Source: Gammaproteobacteria bacterium (lineage in GTDB: Bacteria; Pseudomonadota; Gammaproteobacteria; Steroidobacterales; Foliamicaceae). From it: a DNA stretch of 64,000 nucleotides. The stretch lies in the NCBI GenBank assembly GCA_965200225.1, contig CBDATM010000001.1, positions 1,681,182 to 1,745,181 of the forward strand. Reading direction: 5' to 3'. The notes under the pieces are model-generated. The model worked only from the letters and a program-made list of their open reading frames with translations. It was not told the DNA's origin and did not search any database. The translations under genes were made by a program, and so were the position numbers. This document shows positions 1 to 8,062 of this stretch, piece by piece. Numbering within the stretch: the first letter of the stretch is position 1; the number at the start of each line of letters is the position of its first letter.

Positions 1-1826
1 TTTGCGACCATATTGAGAAAAACGCGCCCCATATCCTGGGTGACCAGATTCATGGGCTTGAGGTCGTCTGCCAGTTCCTGCTCGATGGTGACGTTGAAGT
101 CCTTGTTTGTCGCTCGCGCGCTGTGATAGGCGAGGCGCATGTGCTCGTCCAGCAAGAGATTGAGGTCGGTGGCCTGAGATTCCCCGCTGCCGCTTCCCAT
201 TTTCAGCATGTCACGCACAATCCTGTCGGCACGTCCGCCGTGATGTCCGATCCGTTCCAGATTGGACTCGAGATCGCCCAATATTTCCTCGATCAGACTG
301 CGTTGATCTTCATCGAACTTGTCCGTTTCCTCCTCCAGAGTTTCCTGCAACTCCTCCACAAGCTCCCCGGAGGCCTCCGAAAAGTTTTTCACGAAATTCA
401 AGGGATTGCGGATCTCGTGCGCCACACCCGCCGTAAGCTCGCCCAACTCGGCCAGCTTTTCGCGCATGATGATCTGATCCTGGGCCTTATGCAATTCCTG
501 CAAGACCTTTTCCAGTTCGTCGTTCTTGTTCTGTACCTCCATGGCCATTTGTTCCACCAGGTCCACGCGTTGCGCCTTGAGCGAGGCATCGCGGAACACT
601 TCCAGCGCTGCCGCCATATCAGCCACCTCGTCACGGCCATGCACTTCCACTTTGGTTTGCAGGTCGCCGGCAGCCATTCTGCGCATTTGCTGCACAAGGT
701 CTCCCAGACGGCGCAGCAGATTGCCGACAAACAGCCACCCTGCCAGGATCCCGGAGGCGATCGCTATCAAGGTAACCCCCAGCAACAAGGTGCGCCCGAA
801 TTCCATTGTGGCGGTGGCGGTGTTGCGGGATATCTCGGCAGCGTTACGGGCGCTGTTCACCACGATGTCCGCGGCGGCAACCAGTGCTACTCCCAGGCGG
901 CTGTTATCCGCCAGCAACTGCCTTTCTTCCGCGGCCAGGTCCAGTTCGCGGCGACGTAGAGCGAATCCGGATTCCGGCCCGCTGCCGAGCACTTGCAGAC
1001 GGTCGGTGATTTCCACCAATTCGTATCGAGAGGGGAGTTCGGGAAGCGCCGCAAGGCTGCGGCCGATTGCGGAACTGGCCGTCTCATGGCGTTCCACAAG
1101 GGGTTCCAGCAGTTGCGCGTCCCCCATGGTGAAGGCGCTGAGAAGAAGCTGCCCGGCCGTATCCCCATTGACCTCCAGCTTGCTCAGATGCCGGTACCGC
1201 TTAAGTTCCTCTGCTGACAGGTGATCGGCCTGGGGCACTCTCTCGGAATCCAGGCCCTGGTAGCCGGTAATGGCGTAAAAATACTGATTGTCGATGATCG
1301 GTCCGAGAATGCGCTTGAGACGTTCGCTCAGCAGCGTGATCTCCAGCCGCAATTCCTGGATTCTATTCGCCAGCACGAAACGTTGCTCCACTGATCGGTC
1401 CAGTTGTTCGATGTTGGCAATCAAGGCGTCCGCCTGCTCCTGCACGCGCTTGACTTCGGCAGGGTCTGCGCCAGCGTCCTGCTCCAGGGCCCCGATTCGG
1501 TGCACGAAAGCCTCCTGGTTTTCCTGGATCGATTTGCGCACCTCTTCCAGTTCCGCTGGCGTGGACGCAGAGGCCAGCCGCGGCGCGGCGGCCACCAGGG
1601 CTCCGCTTTGTTCCGCTACCTCAAACGCTCCGGTAATCTGGGGAAAGCTTTGGTCGACGACCTCGCGCTGAGTGTTCGCTATGGTGTTGAAGGAAAACAG
1701 GCTGCTTGCGCTGGCCAGCAGGATCAGCACCATAGCGGTGCCGATTCCGGCGTACATCCGCCATGAAATCTTGTGCCGGGCCTTCAGGGATTTCGAGAAC
1801 AAATGCGAGAAGAGCTGATTCTTCAT
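1..1826 (-). CDS. Sensor histidine kinase (N-terminus present, C-terminus runs off the left edge)
   Basis: Absent from the ORF track because no stop lies in the window. The reverse complement from 1826 reads ATG AAG AAT CAG CTC TTC TCG = MKNQLFSHLFSKSLKARHKISW (N-terminal TM). The same frame, spot-checked at 1260-1320, gives LKRILGPIIDNQYFYAITGY. It contains the H-box MREKLAELGELTAGVAHEIRNPLNFV (rc of 390-467). The plus-strand ORF 123..959 is its antisense shadow. Confidence 0.8.
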   Translation of the reverse strand, partial: MKNQLFSHLFSKSLKARHKISWRMYAGIGTAMVLILLASASSLFSFNTIANTQREVVDQSFPQITGAFEVAEQSGALVAAAPRLASASTPAELEEVRKSIQENQEAFVHRIGALEQDAGADPAEVKRVQEQADALIANIEQLDRSVEQRFVLANRIQELRLEITLLSERLKRILGPIIDNQYFYAITGYQGLDSERVPQADHLSAEELKRYRHLSKLEVNGDTAGQLLLSAFTMGDAQLLEPLVERHETASSAIGRSLAALPELPSRYELVEITDRLQVLGSGPESGFALRRRELDLAAEERQLLADNSRLGVALVAAADIVVNSARNAAEISRNTATATMEFGRTLLLGVTLIAIASGILAGWLFVGNLLRRLGDLVQQMRRMAAGDLQTKVEVHGRDEVADMAAALEVFRDASLKAQRVDLVEQMAMEVQNKNDELEKVLQELHKAQDQIIMREKLAELGELTAGVAHEIRNPLNFVKNFSEASGELVEELQETLEEETDKFDEDQRSLIEEILGDLESNLERIGHHGGRADRIVRDMLKMGSGSGESQATDLNLLLDEHMRLAYHSARATNKDFNVTIEQELADDLKPMNLVTQDMGRVFLNMVA

Positions 1827-1833
1827 TCGTTGA

Positions 1834-2970
1834 TTACTTCGTTGTGGCTATCGCACTGTACTGGCCGCGGCGATTCAGGCTGGTAAGAAATACGGTTTCC
1901 GAGCCCTGTAAATCGCCCTCCTGGCTGAAGTCGATCGCATAGCCTCCGATATCGAAGCGCCCCAACTGGCGGAGCACGGGGAGCAACTCCTCGCGCTTGG
2001 GTTCGGGGCCTGCTTCCTGCATTGCGACTACCGCCATGCGACCCGCCAGATAACCTTCCAGTGACACGAATCCGATGTCCGCATCCGGAGACGTAGCTTG
2101 CATGGCGGCACGGTATTCCTTCACCACCGTCGGCGAGTCGCCGTTGGGAAGCGGCACCACCTGGGTAACCAGCACACCCTCGGCAGCCGACCCCAGCCCT
2201 TCGGTAAAAACATTGCCGCCCGCAAAGGAGGTGGTGAAAAACACCGCCCCGAACTCAAGCTTGCGGGCCCACTTTATGAATGCCGCGACCGGTTCCGGCG
2301 CGCCCACGATGATTACCACCTCCGGGTCGCCATCGCGCAGGTCCAGCAAGGCGGTCTTGACTGCCGTGGTGTTGCGGGGATATACGGCGGTAGCCACAAG
2401 CTCCAGCTCGCGGCGCTGCATGGCCAGTTGCGCGCCGCGGAATCCAGCTCTTCCGAACGAATCATCCTGATAGGCCACGGCAACTCGGCTGAGCCCCAGA
2501 GAGGAGGTGAGATGGGCCACCATGGCCTCGGTTTCCTGGTAGTACGAGGCACGCAGGTTGATCACGTTCGGCCACTGTCCATCACGCAGGAAAGGCGCTC
2601 CGGTGAATGGCGCGATATAGGGCAGCCCGGCCTCGGCAGCCACCGGAACGGATGAACGGGCGGTCGGCGTGCCCACGGATCCGATCAATGCGAATACTCC
2701 ATGATCGTTGATCAGCTTGCGAACGTTCTCGATTGCCTCCTCGGGCTCGTAGCCGTCGTCCAGAGAGACCAGTTCCAGCTCGCGCCCGTGCACCCCGCCA
2801 TTTTGATTGGCTTCGTAGAAAGCGGCGCGTATCCCCGCTCGCATCGCTTCGCCCAGACCCTTGGCCGGGCCGCTGAAAGCCGCTGACTGCCCGAACAGAA
2901 CCCGGTCCTCTTCAACTTGCAACTCGGCGCTCGCGCCTGAACAGATCATGAGCGCCAGCAGCCCGCTCAT
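1834..2970 (-). CDS. Periplasmic substrate-binding protein, Leu/Ile/Val-binding (type 1 PBP) family
   Basis: ORF 1834..3084. The likely start is the internal Met at 2970, which gives the signal peptide MSGLLALMICSGASA. Family-typical stretch: LFGQSAAFSGPAKGLGEAMRAGIRAAFYEANQNGGVHGRELELVSLDDGYEPEEAIENVRKLINDHGVFALIGSVGTPT. The stop lies 7 nt upstream of the kinase start. Confidence 0.8.
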   Translation of the reverse strand: MSGLLALMICSGASAELQVEEDRVLFGQSAAFSGPAKGLGEAMRAGIRAAFYEANQNGGVHGRELELVSLDDGYEPEEAIENVRKLINDHGVFALIGSVGTPTARSSVPVAAEAGLPYIAPFTGAPFLRDGQWPNVINLRASYYQETEAMVAHLTSSLGLSRVAVAYQDDSFGRAGFRGAQLAMQRRELELVATAVYPRNTTAVKTALLDLRDGDPEVVIIVGAPEPVAAFIKWARKLEFGAVFFTTSFAGGNVFTEGLGSAAEGVLVTQVVPLPNGDSPTVVKEYRAAMQATSPDADIGFVSLEGYLAGRMAVVAMQEAGPEPKREELLPVLRQLGRFDIGGYAIDFSQEGDLQGSETVFLTSLNRRGQYSAIATTK

Positions 2971-3022
2971 GGCGCCGACGTGTCGGATCGGGCTCCTGCG
3001 GCAGTATGAGCGGGTCACGATC

Positions 3023-3439
3023 CTATCGCCGTTTCCAGAGCGTAAGTTTGTTGAGGTTGTCCACCCTGGCGTAGCTGACTTCATCCATCATCTCCCGCAC
3101 CAGATGAATGCCCAAGCCGCCGATCTGCCGGTCCTCAAGTCCGGCTTCCAGATCCGGTTCCGGCGTGTCGTTGAGGGGATCAAATGGTCTGGCTTCGTCT
3201 ACGAATTGAATGGTTACAACCTCTTCGCCGGACTCCAGGACGATGTCGAACGCCTTGCTTTCGTCATTTGCGTAACCGTGTTCGATGATGTTGATCCCGA
3301 TCTCCTCAATCACCAAATGAATCTTGAAGACAAGATCAACGGGCCAATCTTCGCTGAGAGCGAACGCCTTGATCTTTTGTTCGATAGGCGCCAGATGCTT
3401 GCGGCTGGCCTGGACCCGGAATGTCGCCTTCTCGCTCAT
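3023..3439 (-). CDS. Anti-sigma regulatory factor / Ser-Thr protein kinase (RsbW/SpoIIAB-like HATPase)
   Basis: 138 aa. Motifs IHLVIEEIGINIIEHGY and RQIGGLGIHLVREMMDEVSY are typical of RsbW-type GHKL kinases. The gene sits directly downstream of the PP2C response regulator. Confidence 0.75.
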   Translation of the reverse strand: MSEKATFRVQASRKHLAPIEQKIKAFALSEDWPVDLVFKIHLVIEEIGINIIEHGYANDESKAFDIVLESGEEVVTIQFVDEARPFDPLNDTPEPDLEAGLEDRQIGGLGIHLVREMMDEVSYARVDNLNKLTLWKRR

Positions 3440-3463
3440 TCACTTTGCCCGACACGATGCAGC

Positions 3464-4663
3464 TTACCCGAGACGATGCAGCACAGCGCAAGTAATATCA
3501 TCGGATTGCGGGTGGGTTCGGGCAAATTCCCGCACTGCCTTCAAAACCAGTTGGCTGGCTTCCTTGGAGTTTCCCGGCGGGCTTTCGGCGAACAGTCTGC
3601 GCAAGCGCTCCAGTCCGAATTCTTCCTCTTCCGGGTTTGTCGCTTCGGACACGCCATCCGTATAGAGAAACAGAAATTGACCTGGCTGCAGAGTCACCGT
3701 TTGCGACTCGAATTGCATTCCCGCCATGATACCCAAGGCGATGCCTGTGTCTCCATCAAGGAGTTCGGATGTTCCGTCCGGCCTCAGGATCAATGGGGGG
3801 TTGTGTCCGCCGTTGCTGTAGTTCAGGACGCCGGTGGCCGGGTTATAGACGGTATAGAAGAGGGTCACGAACATGTTGGCGGTGTTTCCGTCTTCCAACT
3901 GTTCGTTCACGACCTTGAGCGCGTCGCCAGGATTCTCCGTGCCAATGGCCGCGCCCTTCAGGGTCGTTCGGCTGGCCATCATGAACAATGCGGCTGGCAC
4001 GCCCTTGTCGGATACGTCTCCGATTGCGAGACCGATCTTGCCATCTTCCAGGGGGAAGAAATCGTAAAAATCCCCGCCTACGTTGCGAGCCGGAACCATG
4101 ATTCCATACAGTTCGTAGTCCGCGGTTTTCGGAAAGCTCTTGGGCAGGACCGACTGCTGCATATTGTGGGCCACCGTCAACTCGCTTTGCAGCGAAACGA
4201 GCTTGCCGCGCGCCTTTTCCGCCTCTCGCCAGTCAGTCAGTTGTTGCAGCCCGCGATTGATCGTCGTTCGCAGGTCCTTGAAGTCGATTGGTTTGGTAAC
4301 GAAGTCAAACGCGCCGCGATTCATGGCCGCGCGAATGTTCTTGATGTCGCCGTAGGCCGAGATCACCACAGCTCGGAGGTCGTCATTGACTTCCGGGATT
4401 TTCTCCAGCAGCGTAAGCCCGTCCATGCGCGGCATGTTGATATCGGACAGCACCAGATCGACGCTTTCGTTTCCCTTGAGCTTTTCCAGCGCGTCCATGC
4501 CATCGTGGGCAAACAGGAAGGCGAACTTGCCGGAGCGAATATCGCGGCGCATCCTCTGACGCACCAGTTGCTCCAGGTCAGGCTCATCGTCCACGACCAG
4601 TATCAGATGTGGAGGGTTGCTGCTCAAGATTTTGCCCTCGCCTCTGGCCGCCACTATACCCAT
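3464..4663 (-). CDS. Response regulator receiver fused to PP2C/SpoIIE phosphatase (RsbU-like)
   Basis: 399 aa. The receiver domain shows LILVVDDEPDLEQL...DLVLSDINMPRMDGLTLLEKI...KPIDFKDL. The C-terminal SpoIIE-type PP2C domain shows VGGDFYDFF...GDVSDKGVPAALFM...LYTDGVSEA. Confidence 0.85.
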   Translation of the reverse strand: MGIVAARGEGKILSSNPPHLILVVDDEPDLEQLVRQRMRRDIRSGKFAFLFAHDGMDALEKLKGNESVDLVLSDINMPRMDGLTLLEKIPEVNDDLRAVVISAYGDIKNIRAAMNRGAFDFVTKPIDFKDLRTTINRGLQQLTDWREAEKARGKLVSLQSELTVAHNMQQSVLPKSFPKTADYELYGIMVPARNVGGDFYDFFPLEDGKIGLAIGDVSDKGVPAALFMMASRTTLKGAAIGTENPGDALKVVNEQLEDGNTANMFVTLFYTVYNPATGVLNYSNGGHNPPLILRPDGTSELLDGDTGIALGIMAGMQFESQTVTLQPGQFLFLYTDGVSEATNPEEEEFGLERLRRLFAESPPGNSKEASQLVLKAVREFARTHPQSDDITCAVLHRLG

Positions 4664-4955
4664 GCGATTATAGCTTCAATTTTACCATCATTCTCCCGAT
4701 TGCGCGGTGTGTGTGTTTGGCGCGAGAGGGGATAATACGCGCCTGCCCGCCTTGCAATTACCGAGATGCTGCCTGCCTGTTTTGGCCGTACGATCCAGAT
4801 CAGGCGCTGTTTCCGCCGCGCCAGTCAAGCCGTAAACGCCCCGTCGGCACGAAGGAACAGGAACAAAGGGCTACCTGCTCAGTGCGCAAGGTCCTAGCTT
4901 CGCGTTTGTGGCAGTCTGGTAATATCCGTATTTTTCGGGCAGAGGATCGCTGACG

Positions 4956-5849
4956 GTGTTCAATAGTCCCTTTCGCGGAGAGGCGCTGGCCAGCCGTGGC
5001 CAGCGGCAACAGATCGACCATCTCCTTCGCACGACGGCGCCGCACGAGCGGCCGCTGCTTGCCAGCGTTGGCGCCTTGCTGCTCGCTTTCCTGGCCTGGG
5101 CGCTGTTTGGCAGCGTCGTGCGCGACGTAACGATAGACGGCGTTCTCGTTGCGCCGGGCGCGCGGCATGACCTCGTCTCCCTGGTGCCGGGCCATCTGCT
5201 GGAGTTCCTGGTCGAGCCGGGCGAACAAGTTGTGGAAGGACAGCTGATCGCGCGACAGAGCGCGCCGGAGCTCGACCGTGAGATCGCAGCGGCGCGCAAC
5301 AGGTTTGAACTGCTTGAAGCGGGAGAGCCGTCGGGCGCTGGCGAAGCCTCGGATAGCAGCGTGGCCGCGGCCCGGATGGCGCTTCGACAACTTGAGGCGC
5401 AGCGTACGGTCCGGGAACAGATCGTCAGCCACGTCGGAGGCGAGGTTACGGCCCTGCGGGTGGCCCCTGGAACGTATCTGGTTCCCGGCACCGCAGTCTT
5501 GCAGGTCCGGGTCCCGGATGCGCAGCCGCCGCGGGCCGTAGTGCAGGCCGCCCCCCATGTCGCGCAGCGCATTCGCGGGGGGATGCAGGCGTCGGTTGAG
5601 GTGGCGGTGCCCGGCGGCACGGTGCGTCAGGTGGCGGGGGAAGTTGCAGCGGTTAGCGCAGCTCCGCTGCCGGACTGGCTGGCGGCGCTGGGGCCGGCGG
5701 CTGCCGAGTCATCCGAGTCATCCGGGCGGGTTGACATCATCCTCCATGACGCGGCCGATCTCGCGGCGATCGACGGAGCGCCGGCGCGGGTACGCATCGT
5801 GCTCGGCCGCGTGCGGCCGGCTGTTCTCCTCTACGCCCAGTCGTCCTGA
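4956..5849 (+). CDS. HlyD-family secretion adaptor of the NHLM bacteriocin export system
   Basis: 297 aa with a GTG start. It begins FNSPFRGEALASRGQRQQIDHLL, followed by a single TM helix (LLASVGALLLAFLAWALFGSV) and a lipoyl-like hairpin. It lies immediately upstream of the C39-ABC gene, in the order typical of NHLM transport triads. Confidence 0.7.
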   Translation: MFNSPFRGEALASRGQRQQIDHLLRTTAPHERPLLASVGALLLAFLAWALFGSVVRDVTIDGVLVAPGARHDLVSLVPGHLLEFLVEPGEQVVEGQLIARQSAPELDREIAAARNRFELLEAGEPSGAGEASDSSVAAARMALRQLEAQRTVREQIVSHVGGEVTALRVAPGTYLVPGTAVLQVRVPDAQPPRAVVQAAPHVAQRIRGGMQASVEVAVPGGTVRQVAGEVAAVSAAPLPDWLAALGPAAAESSESSGRVDIILHDAADLAAIDGAPARVRIVLGRVRPAVLLYAQSS

Positions 5850-5863
5850 TAGCGCCAGCCACT

Positions 5864-8062
5864 ATGCCGAAGACAAAGCGAGCGCGCCGCCCGATCAGGA
5901 ATCGGCAGCGCGTGACCACGCCGCTGCGGATGCAGACCCACGTCACCGAGTGCGCCGCAGCCTGCTTGGGCAGCGTGCTCGCCTATTTTGGGCGCTGGGT
6001 GTCGCTGTCGGAACTGCGCGAGCGGTGCGAGGTCAGCCGCGACGGCTCATCGGCGGCGGGCGTCTTGCGCGCCGCCCGGCACTACGGTCTGGAGTGCAAG
6101 GGTTGGCACGGCGGGGTGCGGCAACTGAAGAAGCTGGAACTGCCGCTCATCCTGTTCTGGGAATTCCGGCACTTTCTGATCCTTGAGGGCTTCGATAAAC
6201 GCCGCTTCTTCCTGAACGATCCGGCAGTCGGCCGCCGCACCGTGTCTGCGGAAGAGTTCGCCAAGGGATTCACGGGCGTTGCATTGCGCTTCCAGCGCGG
6301 ACCGAAGTTCGAGCGCGGCGGCGTTCGGCCGAGTCTGTTGCAGCACCTGCCGCAATGGCTGCATGGCGCCTGGGGCACGCTGGCCTACGCGGCTGCCTGC
6401 GGGCTGTTGCTGGCCGCGCTGGCGCTGGTGACGCCTGCCGCGCTAGCGCTGTTCGTGGATCAGGTGCTGGGAGAGGGCGAGCCGTGGGGCGCGATGCTGG
6501 CTACGGCGATGGCAGGCGGCGCCGCGCTGTCCTATCTGCTCGGCTGGATGAAGCAGCGCTGGCTGCGGCGCCTGTCCATCGGAATGGCCGTGCTGGCTGG
6601 AAACCATTTCATGACCCGACTGCTGCGCCTGCCGATCTCCTACTTCGACCACAGGCTCGTGGGTGACCTTACAACCCGCATCGTGTCCGTCGACCGCATT
6701 GCCCGCGGGTTGGCGGAGCACTTCTCCGGCGTCCTGATCGAGATGGCGATGAGCGCAATTTTCCTGGCCGTCATACTGGCGTATTCGCCGTACCTGGGGC
6801 TTTTTGTCCTCGCGCTGGCGGTGGTGAACGGGGTTCTCGTGCGTGTGATCGCGCGCCTTCGGACCGACCGGAACTACGTGCTGACCACGGAGCAGGGGGC
6901 ATTCATCGGCGTCGGCATGGCTATGCTCCATCAGGGCGACAACTTGCGCATGACCGTCGCCGACGATGGCTTCTTCGACCGCTGGAGCGGACACCAGGCG
7001 CGCGAGCTGGTTGCCCGGCACCGGTTCCTGGAGGCTGGCCACATCATCACGGCTCTGCCGCAACTCTTCCTGGCGCTGGGGAATGCCGCCGTGCTGCTGT
7101 TCGGGGCGGCCCAGGTCATGAGCGGTCAGTTGACCTTGGGGGCGCTGGCAGGGCTCTACCTCGTTGCGGGCATGTTCCTGGGCCCGATCGGACGGTTCGT
7201 CGAACTCGCCGACGAGCGGCAGGCTCTGGAGGCCGATCTGATGCGTCTCGAGGACATCACGTCTACCGCGCAGGATCCTGTGGCTGCGGACCGGCAGGAT
7301 GTGGCGGGGCGCATCGCGACCATCGACAACCGGCTGCGGCTGGTCGGCCGGTTGGAGTTGCGAGGCGTAACCTTCGGTTACAACCGGAACCGGCCTCCGC
7401 TGCTCGACAACTTCAGTCTGATCATCGAACCGGGCCAGCGGATCGCGGTGGTGGGTCCCAGCGGGTCCGGGAAATCGACCCTCGCCAAGCTGGTCGCGGG
7501 CATCCATCAGCCATGGTCCGGCGAGATTCTGCTGGACGGTCATCCGCGCGACAAGATTCCCGAAGAAGTGCTGGCGCGCTCGGTGTCCATGGTTGACCAG
7601 CGGATCATTCTGTTTTCGTCCACGGTGCGCGACAACATTACCCTGTGGAATCCCGCCGTTCCCGAACACGATCTGGTGGCCGCCGCCCGCGACGCCTGCA
7701 TCCACAAAGAAATTCTCGCCAGACCACTGGGCTACAAGACGCCCGTCAGCGAGGGCGGGGTCAACTTCAGCGGTGGTCAGCGGCAGCGGCTGGAGATTGC
7801 CCGCGCTTTGGTGAGCAATCCGACCTTGCTGGTTCTGGACGAGGCCACCAGCGCATTGGACGCCTCCACCGAGGCGGATGTCGAAGACGCGCTGCGCCGC
7901 CGCGGTGCCAGTTGCCTTATCGTCGCGCATCGGCTGAGCACGATTCGGGACTGCGACGAAATCATCTTTCTCGCCGAGGGCAAGACGGTGCAGCGCGGCG
8001 GCCATGAGGAACTGATGGCAGACAGCGAAGGACCGTACTATCAGCTTGTCCGCTCCGGTTGA
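5864..8062 (+). CDS. ABC transporter with N-terminal C39 (double-glycine) peptidase domain, NHLM system peptidase/ATP-binding protein
   Basis: 732 aa. The C39 catalytic-Cys context is QTHVTECAAACLGSVLAYFGRWVSL. It has a six-TM ABC membrane domain, Walker A GPSGSGKST, signature FSGGQRQRLEIARAL and Walker B LLVLDEATSALD. Confidence 0.9.
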   Translation: MPKTKRARRPIRNRQRVTTPLRMQTHVTECAAACLGSVLAYFGRWVSLSELRERCEVSRDGSSAAGVLRAARHYGLECKGWHGGVRQLKKLELPLILFWEFRHFLILEGFDKRRFFLNDPAVGRRTVSAEEFAKGFTGVALRFQRGPKFERGGVRPSLLQHLPQWLHGAWGTLAYAAACGLLLAALALVTPAALALFVDQVLGEGEPWGAMLATAMAGGAALSYLLGWMKQRWLRRLSIGMAVLAGNHFMTRLLRLPISYFDHRLVGDLTTRIVSVDRIARGLAEHFSGVLIEMAMSAIFLAVILAYSPYLGLFVLALAVVNGVLVRVIARLRTDRNYVLTTEQGAFIGVGMAMLHQGDNLRMTVADDGFFDRWSGHQARELVARHRFLEAGHIITALPQLFLALGNAAVLLFGAAQVMSGQLTLGALAGLYLVAGMFLGPIGRFVELADERQALEADLMRLEDITSTAQDPVAADRQDVAGRIATIDNRLRLVGRLELRGVTFGYNRNRPPLLDNFSLIIEPGQRIAVVGPSGSGKSTLAKLVAGIHQPWSGEILLDGHPRDKIPEEVLARSVSMVDQRIILFSSTVRDNITLWNPAVPEHDLVAAARDACIHKEILARPLGYKTPVSEGGVNFSGGQRQRLEIARALVSNPTLLVLDEATSALDASTEADVEDALRRRGASCLIVAHRLSTIRDCDEIIFLAEGKTVQRGGHEELMADSEGPYYQLVRSG

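Noticed and set aside
1834-3084. N-terminal 38-residue extensions of the binding protein, and similar upstream-extended ORFs (27553, 26556, 32953, 44323, 47781, 47980, 61140, 32518).
   Set aside because: The extensions lack signal-peptide or family features and often overlap neighbouring genes. Internal Met codons preceded by Shine-Dalgarno-like sequences give canonical N-termini.
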